Of a stretch of 64,000 nucleotides of DNA, positions 12,515 to 23,815 are shown one piece after another. The notes below the pieces were generated by a model. It did not search any database. It was not told the DNA's origin and saw nothing but the letters and a program-made list of their open reading frames with translations. How positions within the stretch are numbered: the stretch's first letter is position 1; each line of letters starts with the position of its first letter. The DNA lies in the NCBI GenBank assembly GCA_043228905.1, contig JBHGNT010000007.1, positions 11,594,001 through 11,658,000 of the forward strand, written 5' to 3'. The stretch comes from Azolla caroliniana. Taxonomy: Eukaryota > Plantae > Polypodiophyta. Position numbers and translations under genes: made by a program.

Positions 12515-15500
12515 TGTCGTGCCTTACAACTCCGGATCGTTGTGTGAGTCGGGTGGGAACCGCTGGGGTTATGGACTAGGAGGAAAGAAAATTCTAAGGC
12601 AATTAAGAATATGAAATATATTGTAAGAAAGAAAGATATGAAAAACTCATGAATCCCACGAGTATAGTGTATTAGCGAGTAATCAAATTAAGAGAGAAAA
12701 TAGTTAGCAAATTCGTGAATCCCACGATTATATTATATTAATCAACCCTTGTAAAATAATCAACAACCTCTATACATCTTTCTCTCTTCCTTATATAGTG
12801 TTGGAAGAGTCTAAGTTTATCACATGCAGCCATCATGCTTTTCCTATCTTTAGTTTTCATGCACACTACATGTGCATGATTAGCTTTCTATCTCATCTTT
12901 TCTTTTAACTCGAGTGTCTATGCATGAATAACTTTTGTACCATGCATGTTTAGAAATTTTACATGGGATAAAGTTTAGTATAACTTTAAAATTCATAATA
13001 CGCTACTATAACAATAAGGCTTAACATTATTAACATGGAGGTGCAAGGTTCGAATCTTGCCCTATGCATGTAATATATATATATTTTTTATACTTCCTTC
13101 TATTTACAAATATGTCTCTTCATCCGGTGAGAGACTCTCTCCGGCCTTCTTCATCCAGCTCTTTCCGGTTCTGCTTCATCCGGTGCTTGATAGTTTTCTT
13201 TGTCCGGTTCTTACCGGGACCTCCTTACCGATCTCTTTGTCCGTTTCTCATCGGGTACTCCATGTCCTATCCGGAGTGTAATTTTTCACGTAGTGTGCGA
13301 ATTACACTACGACACTCGCCCCCTCCTAACCCGCACATCCTCCGGTATGTGCCGAAGTCCCCGATGCTTGCTATTCACCTTCATCCGAAGCTTCCTCCGA
13401 TTCCCCCCTTAAATTGACTATGAGTTCTAATCCACTTTCTTCGCTTTCCGCATCACCGCGATCTTCGTCCGATTGCTCCTTCTGGTCGGTCTTGTCTAGG
13501 ATCACACAGGGTTCTTTATCAGTCTGCTTCTTGAAAATCTTCACCCGTTTCCCGGCTATAGGCACTCGTAGCATTGTTCCATCCAACTCACATAGTCGGT
13601 AAGTTCCGTTTTCGAAAACTTTCTGAACCTCGTATGGCCCGAACCACCTTTTCGCGAACTTCCGCATCGTTGTATGTTGATGATCCAAACTACTGTTGTA
13701 GACAATCACCCAATCTCCTTCTTCAATCTTCTGTGGTCGTAGTCGGTGCTTGGTGTCGAACCGGCTTTTGTTCCGGAATCACACTTCTTGTTGTCGGCGT
13801 ATTGCTTCCGCTATGTCTTCTGGTCTTCCCTCTAGTTGTCATATCCGGACCGCTAGTAGTTCTTCCCGGCTCATCTCTTCCTTCCATGGTAGCATTGTCC
13901 ATGTCGCGATTGCGGTTTCCGTCGGCATTACCGGTGCTTGTCCGGTCATAAGTTCTGCCGGCATGTAACTGGTTACGGAGCTATGCGTCGTCCGATCCGC
14001 CCATAGTGCATACGAAAACATCTGCGGCCAATCCTTCACCCTTCCATCGCATGCCTTCGCAAGTGCTTTGACAATCGGACTATGTCCTCGTTCGATCTTC
14101 CCATTGGCTTCCGGATTGTATGCCGTTGTCAGTGTTAACCGAACTCTATGCTTAGTGAAGAATTCCTTAGCTTTATCAGAGTCGAGTTCTCCCCAATCCG
14201 CAATCACTTGTCCTACACACCCGTACCTGCAAAACACTTCTTCCAAAAGGAATTGGCATACTGTAGAACACGTTTTCCTCCGTAGCGCCTGACCTTCTCC
14301 TTGATTTGTGAGATCTTCCCGAGCTAACACCAAGTACTTCTTTTGTCCGATCCCGGTTGGCATGGCTACAATGTCGACCATCCATTTGAAGTTGATTGTC
14401 GGTGAGAATGTCGGATGTAACTCATCTCGGTGTCGAACTCCGGAGTAGATTTGAAACTTCTCGCAGCTTTCCGTGAACTCCGCGACATCTTTGTACATAT
14501 TCTTCCACCAATATCTTTGCTTGATCTTTCCAAATGTTGCCCATGTTCCCCGATGTCCAGCCCAATCAGATTCGTGAAATTCAGACATTACCTGGTTTCG
14601 TTGCTATTTTGTCCTGACTACTCGAAGTGGTATGCCACCCGGTCTTTTCGGCTCCCTCCATAAAAATCCATTTTTCAAGAAGAACTTTCGGACTTGCCGT
14701 TTCTTACTTCGGATCTCGGCTCTCTTCTCTTTATTGTCCGATGATTGCTCGATTTCTCGTAGCATTTTCCCGATCAACAAGCTTTCTCCCTCGTATTCTT
14801 CTTCTCGGAATTCTTGGATTACGTCCACCTGGCATATGTGCTCCGAAGCAAAGTAGTCTTCGGAAACTTCTTCATTATCGGATTCAGTTATGTCATCTTC
14901 GAACCGCGCCCTTGATAGCATATCCGCTACAACGTTGTCTTTTCCGGAGATGTGTCTTACCTCCGGATTAAGTGACTTAACATATGCAATCCATCTTAGC
15001 ATAGCCACATCCAGTATCGTGCAACACCGCATCATCCCGAGTATCGGAAGACAATCCGTTTCAATCACTACTTCGGCTCCGATCAAATAATCTTGATCCG
15101 ATTTGATTGCCGACACGACTCCCCATAATTCTCTTTTGACTTGTGCATATCCGTGTTGCCTTTCGTTGAGTACCTTTGCTCCGAATCAGATCGGATATCG
15201 CGAACCTTCTGGATCGGCTTGATTGATGACCCATCCGATTCCGGTTGGACTTGTGTCAACCGTTACTATGATCGGTTGGTCATAGTTCGACTTCTTTAGT
15301 GCTTCTGCCCTCCGTAGTGATTTCTTGAGCTTCTTCACGGCTTTGGTATGCTCCGGTTTCCATTCAAACTTCTTACCCTTCCGCAACAAGTGATAGAGTG
15401 GGTCCGCTATATGTGCATAGTGTGGAATCCATATGTGGTAGAATGCACATGCTCCAAGAAACCTTCGAACTTTGGATTGTGACTCGTATACTTCTTTCAT

Positions 15501-18099
15501 AGCTTGAATCGTGTCGATCTTGGTTGGTGACGGTCTTCGGCCGTAGGGCCCACATAGATGTCCGACTACCAATATTTCTTCTTGTCCGAATGCCGATTTC
15601 TCTCCGGAAAGTGTTAGGTGCACATCTTCTAACTTTCGAAGCACTTTCTCACAATCGCAAATATGGTCGACTATGAACTTTCAGCATCCCCGATCATCCA
15701 TAGTTTCATCTTTTTCTTCTACCGCGCATCCTTTCATTGGAATGTTATCTAGGAACGGCATCGTTATCTCCGGAATGCAGTCTCGAAGCACCTTGTTCAT
15801 CGCATTCATCATATGTGCGACCGAGTTCGTCGCGCCTTGTGGTAGCGTACACATCCGGACTAATCCTATCGGTGTCCGCATGGTAGTGATGTCTCGACTC
15901 TTCACAGCCAGTTGGAATTGGTCATATCCGGAGTATAGGTCTCCGATGGAGTGTATTGCGCGACCGGCAAATGCTTCTGCAAATTCGTCTACTATTGGAC
16001 CGACTCCGGAGTTCCGGATCGTGACCTTGTTCACCGGTTGCAAATCTTGAATAAATCGGAGTGACCCATTCTTCTTCGGAACCGTAAACCATCGATTTGA
16101 GTACGGAGCATTTGATGGCTCTAGAATCCCCATCGCCACCTTCTCCTTGAGCAAGTCGATGATTTTCGGAATATGCGCCCGTGGCACTGGAATCGGCTTC
16201 AGGTTCCACGACACATGGTCAATCGTGAAGATCACCATCGGCTCCACTATGTTCGGGTCAACGCATCCTATTTCTTTCGATGTAAATGCAAATGCTCTCC
16301 CATGTCGCTCTAGCATCCCACAGAATCGTTCTTCTTCATTCTTTAATAGGAACCCACTTCCACCGATCCGAAGTTTCTTCCGGGTCTCATCCGTGAAGGC
16401 ATGTCCAATATCCATGGACTTTCGAAGTGTCGGATCCCCCGAGACTTCTTTCCTCTTTTGTTCGCTATTTGCAGGTAACGGTCCCGCGGCCGGTTTCACT
16501 TTTTCTCCACGGTCTTGTATTTCATACTTACCCTTGCTTCTTCTTTGCGGAGCGCATCCGGCCCCATTTTCACAATGATCTCGTACATCTCGACCGATAA
16601 CTTATCCTCCACTTTTCGGTATTCTTTCTTCATTCCTCCGGTTACGGCTGTGTACGTGGATGCCCCATTCGGACCGATTCGTACTTGTTTTGAATTGAGA
16701 GGTTTCATCCTGTGTGGGGTATCAGGGCTTCTCGGACTATCACTTCCCCACTTCACAACAGTCTGCTCTAAAAATCCATTCTTGTTTGGGACAAGAGCTC
16801 TCTCTTGTTCCTTTCATGATTTTCCGGCACCGTTAGGAATTGGATGGATTTCCCTCTGTTTTGGCTCCGACAGTTGAGAAAAATGATGCTCGAAGTCTAC
16901 GAATGCTTGTGTCGCGCCTTGGTGGGTCTTCGCTGATGTCACCCATTGGTCGAAGTTGCGTCGATCTCGTCCCTTCAGTCTCTCATAGCCATATTCCTCC
17001 AATAGAGCCTTCTCGAAAATCGCCCACAAATCATGAGCTTCTAGAAGCTCTTTTACATCTTTGAAGATTGGTTGAGACACCACCCGACAAAAGTACTCCA
17101 ACCTCATAGCTTCATCCACACCTCTTGAATCCATCTCTACATTATAGACTTTTAGGAAACTTTGGACTTCGGCACTGTTGAAATAGCTCACTTGCTCGAC
17201 TACCTTCTCGACGGCTTGTTGGGCTTCATTTCGTCTTTTCCCTTCTCTTAGAAACTCCATCATCCTTTTTGACATTGCCTCCATGAGATATTCGCCATCC
17301 ATCTTCGTCCTCCCCTATTGCTCTTCACGTCGGGTTCACCAATTACGTCGTGCCTTACAGCTCCGGATTGTTGCGTGAGTCGGGTGGGAACCGCTGGGGT
17401 TATGGACTAGGAGGAAAGAAAATTCTAAGCCAATTAAGAATATGAAATATATTGTAAGAAAGAAAGATATGAAAAACTCGTGAATCCCACGAGTATAGTG
17501 TATTAGCGAGTAATCAAATTAAGAGAGAAAATAGTTAGCAAATTCGTGAATCCCACTATTATATTATATTAATCAACCCTTGTAAAATAATCAACAACCT
17601 CTATACATCTTTCTCTCTTCCTTATATAGTGTTGGAAGAGTCTAAGTTTATCACATGCAAGCATCATGCTTTTCCTATCTTTAGTTTTCATGCACACTAC
17701 ATGTGCATGATTAGCTTTCTATCTCATCTTTTCTTTTAACTCGAGTGTCTATGCATGAATAACTTTTGTACCATGCATGTCTAGAAATTTTACATGGGAT
17801 AAAGTTTAGTATAACTTTAAAATTCATAATACCCTACTATAACGATAAGGCTTAACATTATTAACATGGAGGTGCAAGGTTCGAATCTTGCCCTATGCAT
17901 GTAATATATATATATTTTTTATACTTCCTTCTATTTACAAATATGTCTCTTCATCCGATGCTTGATAGTTTTCTTTGTCCGGTTCTTACCGGGACCTCCT
18001 TACCGATCTCTTTGTCCATTTCTCATCGGGTACTCCATGTCCTATCCGGAGAGACCAAAAATGTAATTTTTCACATAGTGTGCGAATTACACTACGACA
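12515..18099 (-). mobile_element. N2: tRNA-Trp-primed Ty3/gypsy, internally deleted and degenerate
   Basis: LTRs 12515-13314 and 17346-18099; PBS 17324-17341; PPT 13315-13326. gag N-terminus 16814-17302, RT 15681-16499, RH 14604-15644, IN 13371-14588; no protease recognisable. Confidence 0.92.
17324..17341 (-). promoter_or_regulatory. N2 primer-binding site, tRNA-Trp
   Basis: TGGTGAACCCGACGTGAA, complementary to the 3' end of plant cytosolic tRNA-Trp as I recall it; 4 nt from the LTR. Confidence 0.85.
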
Positions 18100-18388
18100 G
18101 CGTAATGTCACCCCGCGATTCCGTGATGTGCCTCCTGGAGGATTGCGGGTTTCTCAAGTTGACGGATTGCATGACTCCAGATGCCATCCGAGCCTTTGTG
18201 ATAGAGGGTGTCGGAGACGAGGCAAAAGTTTCGGCTCTTGATAGCTAGTCGTTTCCGAGCGTCGAGGGTCAAGTGGTCAGGAGGGAGGCCAATGCTGAGA
18301 AAATGGTTCATCTCTGCGATCCATTCATCCTCATTTTTGTCTGCCACCGTTGCGAGACTAAAAAGGGTGTCATCAGGTAGATCGTCGT
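18100..18388 (-). pseudogene. Element T pol fragment between RNase H and integrase
   Basis: ILQEAHHGIAG zinc-finger start; rejoins 12510 and 21747. Confidence 0.85.
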
Positions 18389-18504
18389 ACGTTGTCGTAG
18401 TGTATTTCGTACACTACGTGAAAAAGTAAAAATAATATAACCGATTTAATTACATATAAATAAATAAAATAATATATCAAGATATTTATCACGTGCATAG
18501 GGCA

Positions 18505-18558
18505 GGATTCGAACTCTGCACCTCCACGTTGACAAACCCCAACCTTACCATTATGCTA
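18505..18558 (-). promoter_or_regulatory. tRNA-like Pol III type-2 promoter (A and B box) in N1 5' LTR; duplicate at 21135-21188
   Basis: A box TAGCATAATGG, 32-nt gap, B box AGTTCGAATCC within a T-arm-like stem. Confidence 0.75.
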
Positions 18559-19129
18559 CCTTATCTTTAGTGTTCTATAAATAGATTTAATAACTATAAG
18601 TGATTTATTTGCGCCTACCTTTATTAAAAGGTAAATCATGTATTTTTAGAGTGCGTGAATATTTTATAGAAAAACGCAAGCGACTAAAAAGTGACTCATG
18701 CACATCTAGCGTGCATGAGCACTATATTTAGCAAATAAAAGCAAGGATTAGAAAAGCATCACATGCACATTTAGTGTGCATGAACATATGAGAAAAAGCA
18801 TGTAGCTATGCTTAGTCTCTCCCATCACTATATAAGGATGGGGAGCACATTGTAGTTTTTGTTGATTATTTTTCTATAATGATCAATCAATCTAAAATAT
18901 TCGTGGGATTCACGAATTTGCTAAAATAATTCTCTCTTACTACCTAAATATTGACTAAATATACTAAACTCGTGGGATTCACGAGATTCTTATCTTATAA
19001 CTCTTTATACCTATTCTTTACTAGCCTTATTTGTATTTTTCTTCCTCCTAGTCCAAAACCTCGGCGGTTCCCACCCGACTCACGCAACGATCCGGAGCCG
19101 AAAGGCACGACACAGTTGGTGAACCCGAC

Positions 19130-21070
19130 GTGAAGACGGGTGGCAAGGAGATGGAGAATCAACAAGAGGCAATGAGCATAACGATGATGATGATGTTCGA
19201 GCGGATGCTACAAGAACAACGAGTGATGTCGGAGATCACGGGGGCAGTAAAGCGGCTCGTACAACGAAACGGACAATTCAACGGAAACGATGTGTCACGC
19301 TATCTACGTGACTACAAGGCGGAGATGATACGATGTGGGATACCGGAAGGATTGCAAGTGACATCCTTCAATCGGGTGGCCACGGATGAGCTACAAGAGA
19401 GAATCCACAAGATACGGCAACAAAACTCGACATGGGGGTCATTCGAAGAAGCTTTATGAGAGGCATATGATTACAAGAGATCAAAGGGACAAGATCGGCG
19501 AAAATTCGACGAATGGGTGGCATCGGAGAAGACCCACCAAAGTGCAACACAAGCATTGCTAGAGTTCGAGCATCGTTTTGCTCGACTCTCGGAGCGGGAA
19601 CAACGATTGGTGGGGGAGGATAAAGTCCTAATGTTCATAAAATCGATCGATCGAAAAGAAAGGATGGACATCGGGATTGAACTCGAAGATGATGACGGTG
19701 CGAACGGTCTTACTAAGGATTGGGCCAAAGTCGAAAGGGTATGCCGGAGACATGATGAGAGGAAGATGAGAATCTTGTCAACGACATGGCCGATGAAGGA
19801 TGGTCGATTGAAGACAAACGATGGAGCCGATATGAAGGCCGAAATACAACATGATGGTGCGACGGAAGAGGGTGTAAAACAAGCTACCCTCTTGTCTTGC
19901 GAAAGAACGAGGGTGAAGGATAAGGCCGATAACCCAAGTGTAGAAGAAGATTTCGGAATACAAGTGTCCGAAACATCGGGTGAAAAAGGGGTAAGCATAA
20001 TTGATGTTTGCATAATTGATGCAGTGAAAGAGAGCAAGGAGGACTTGATTGAGGAGGTCGCCATGAAAGATGACATCGAATCGAAGGTGGCTATGGACGA
20101 ATCAACGACGGATGGCCATATCGAGACTTCCCCACCACTGATTCCAGAGACTCCGGCGGTTGCGTTCGAAAGGCAACGTGAGACCGAAGAGACGGAAGGT
20201 GGCGGAGAGAAAACAAAGGTCGAAGTCGATGCATACGACGGAGAGATAGCCGAGAATATGGCTATGGGTGAAACAACGGAGGATGATAATACCGAGGATT
20301 CCTACCCACTAATTCTAGAGACTTCGGCAGTTGTGTCCGAGAACCAACGTGAGACCGGAGAGACGGGAGGTGGCGGCAAGAAAGGTAAAGTCGGAAGCCA
20401 GTTAGGATGGAAGGTGATCCGGACGGGATTCCGATCCGAAAGAAAGCCGAACCGGGTAAAAGAGGATTCGACCGAAAGTCGACCCGAAAGAAAGCCGAAC
20501 CGAAAGGAAGAGAATTCGGCCGAAAGACGACACAAACGAGACCGATCCGGAAAGAAGCTAATCCGACTCAACTGGAGGTTGGACCGGTCGAGGCTGGTGA
20601 AAACGAGGAAAAGAAAGCCAACCAAAACCGAAACCGATAGATCGAAACCGGGCCGGAAGGAGACCGACTCAATCGAAACCGAACAACCGATTCCGATTTG
20701 GCCGAATACGAATCCGATCAGAAGCCGATCAAACCGAAAGTTGATCGGACGAGAGCGATCCGGAAAAAAGTCAAGGTTGATGAAGACAAGAAAGAGGCTA
20801 GTAAAAGACACTACCACGAATGACAAGGGCCAAGAATATGATGAGAGAGAACAAAGAATATGGTGGATCGGATGGCGACAATGGTTCGCGTGGAAAGAAT
20901 GGGTCTACTCAAAATGGAGAGACAAAGTTGACATAGCGGGACAAACGGAGGATGAAGGGGAGACAACGAGCATCGGCAACTTCGGCACATACCGGAGGAT
21001 GTGCGGGTTCGGAGGGGGCGAGTGTCGTAGTGTATTTCGTACACTACGTGAAAAAGTAAAAATAATATAA
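19130..21070 (+). pseudogene. N1 Gag-like ORF with long acidic then basic low-complexity tail; one in-frame TGA at 19457-19459
   Basis: ORFs 19130-19459 and 19517-21070 share a frame. The N-terminal part aligns with N2 gag (KGQDRRKFDEWVASEKTHQSATQA vs KGRDRRNFDQWVTSAKTHQGATQA). Confidence 0.8.
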
Positions 21071-21746
21071 CCGATTTAATTACATATAAATAAATAAAAT
21101 AATATATCAAGATATTTATCACGTGCATAGGGCAGGATTCGAACTCTGCACCTCCACGTTGACAAACCCCAACCTTACCATTATGCTACCTTATCTTTAG
21201 TGTTCTATAAATAGATTTAATAACTATAAGTGATTTATTTGCGCCTACCTTTATTAAAAGGTAAATCATGTATTTTTAGAGTGCGTGAATATTTTATAGA
21301 AAAACGCAAGCGACTAAAAAGTGACTCATGCACATCTAGCGTGCATGAGCACTATATTTAGCAAATAAAAGCAAGGATTAGAAAAGCATCACATGCACAT
21401 TTAGTGTGCATGAACATATGAGAAAAAGCATGTAGCTATGCTTAGTCTCTCCCATCACTATATAAGGATGGGGAGCACATTGTAGTTTTTGTTGATTATT
21501 TTTCTATAATGATCAATCAATCTAAAATATTCGTGGGATTCACGAATTTGCTAAAATAATTCTCTCTTACTACCTAAATATTGACTAAATATACTAAACT
21601 CGTGGGATTCACGAGATTCTTATCTTATAACTCTTTATACCTATTCTTTACTAGCCTTATTTGTATTTTTCTTCCTCCTAGTCCAAAACCTCGGCGGTTC
21701 CCACCCGACTCACGCAACGATCCGGAGCCGAAAGGCACGACAACGT

Positions 21747-23810
21747 GGACTCGGCTGGTTCGCCTGACTCGAGGAAGCTCAGGTTGTCGTCGTCAGCTAC
21801 GATGTGTTGGACGCCAGGCCGGTGCTGGATCTGAAAATCAAACTCCTGTAACAGGAGCATCCATCGGGCCAGGCGACCTGTGAGGGCCTGCTTATTAACC
21901 AAGTAGAGGAGGGACGAGTGGTCGACGTGGAATGTGAAGTTCCGGCCCAAGAGGTAATGCCGGAATTTGTTGATGTTGTAGAACATACCGAGGGCCTCGC
22001 GTTCCGTTGTTGAGTAGTTCTTTTCCACTACCGAGAGTCGTCGACTAGCGTAATACATTGGCCGATACCAATTTGGTGGTGTGGGCTGCATGAGCGCACT
22101 GCCGATGGCTATATCTGATGTGTCGACGAAGACGTGAAAAGGTTCCGACCAGACTGGTGGCTGTACCATAGGGGCATGGGAGAGCATTAACTTCAAGGCT
22201 TGGTATGCTTCGTCTTCTATTGAGGACCACTGAAATGGGAGTCTATGCACCGTCGCGTGCAAAGGAGTTGCGAAATCGGCCAAGTGTCATAACATCCGGC
22301 TATGCCATCTAATTTGGCCCAAGAATCTGTTGAGAGCCTTCATGGTAGAGGGCGTAGGAGCATTCAGAATGGCCTGCACTTTATCCGGGTCCATGGCGAT
22401 ATCTTCTTGGCTGACTATGGGCCCGAGCAGGTTGCCTCTTGTCACCAAGAAAGCGCATTTTGCCAGATTTAATCTCAACCGAGCGTGTCGGCATCACTCG
22501 AGACATAGGCGTAGCTGGGTCATATGCTCCAGCCGCTGGCCATACACAACAAAGTCATCGAGGAACACTTGCATGAACGTTGGGATATACTCATTGAAAA
22601 TCTTTGTGATGATGTGCTGGAATGTGGCCGGTGCCATTTTTAATCCGAACATCATTACCTCGGCCACGAAGACACCACATTCCGTGACAAACGCCGTTTT
22701 CTCCTGATCGTCTGGGTGCATTATGATTTGATTATAGCCACTGAACCCATCAAGGAAACTGTAGCATTCATGACCAGCCATCGTGTCGAGGACACTATCC
22801 GTGAATGGAAGAGGAAACCCATCCGTGATGGTCGTGGCATTGAGTTTGCGATAATCAACACAAACGCGGATTTTCCCATTTTTCTTGGGGACGACGACGA
22901 TTGGGCTTAACCATGTGGCTCTTTTTACTGGGCGTATAAAGCCTACTCGAAGGAGTTTGTCGATTTCCTCTTTGACGTTAGCCGCGTAGTTGGGGTTCAT
23001 CCGGTACCGTCGTTGGATCGGCCGAGTGTCCGGCAGGAGGTGTACTTGGTGTTGGTAAAATTGGGGATCCAATCCCTTCATATCAGTGTAAGACCATGCG
23101 AATACATCATGATACTCCGTGAGCAGGCGTATCAGGGCTGACCGTTCGTCGGCTGGTAAGTTATTAGCGATTTGTAGTGTACGCGGGTTCTCGTCGGAGC
23201 CGAGGTTCAGTGACTCGAGTGTTGATGCTTTGACTCGCTGGGAGATGGCGAGTTCTGGTTCGAACGCGTCCCGAGCTTGTCGTAATTCAGTGATAGTTGT
23301 GGAATCGGCTTCGTCTTGGGGAAGTAAGTCTGTCGTGACATCCTTGTCCGGTGATGTGCCGAATCCCGAAATTGCATTTATTTCGAAGAGGGGTATGATA
23401 GTGGGATGATCTTCCAGGAAGTCATCCACCTCTTCGTCGGCTAAGCCGTCGAGCATGTGTACCCCTTCCGTGTATAAGGGTGTAGTGTTGTGGGGCGTGG
23501 TGAGACGTTCTTCTGTTATTACCCGTACCTTGGTCTTCCCTCGGCGGAAAGAGATCATATTCCGCTGCCAATGTTGTTTAATATTTGCGTTGCGCAGCCA
23601 GGGTCGGCCAAGCAGCATTGGGTAAGCGCCCGAAGCTTCGAGGCATAACACGACTGCTGAGATAGTGAACATGTGGCCGCCTAACGTGAATTCAAGGTGG
23701 CGGATTAACCCGATGGGGCGAACCGAGCACGTATTGGCCATCTGAAGCCAAAAGGGGCAAGGTTCCCATTGGTTTAGGCCGAGTGTGTGACATGTGGCCT
23801 CACTTATGAC
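21747..23810 (-). pseudogene. Element T protease C-terminus, RT and RNase H
   Basis: LLGRPWL, LDGFSGYNQI, VFLDDF, FVDTSDIAIG, YSTTERE. Confidence 0.92.
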
Positions 23811-23815
23811 ATTCA

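Larger units (their letters stand above)
18393..21742 (+). mobile_element. N1: young non-autonomous (pol-less) LTR element of the N lineage
   Basis: Apparently identical 720-bp LTRs 18393-19112 and 21023-21742; 4-bp TSD ACGT; Trp PBS 19117-19134; PPT GGAGGGGGCGAG 21011-21022; 1.9-kb interior without RT or IN. Confidence 0.95.

Noticed and set aside
20302-20826. Antisense hydrophobic ORF (and many similar shadow ORFs)
   Set aside because: Reverse-frame by-products of purine-biased or GC-rich coding strands; no recognisable motifs.
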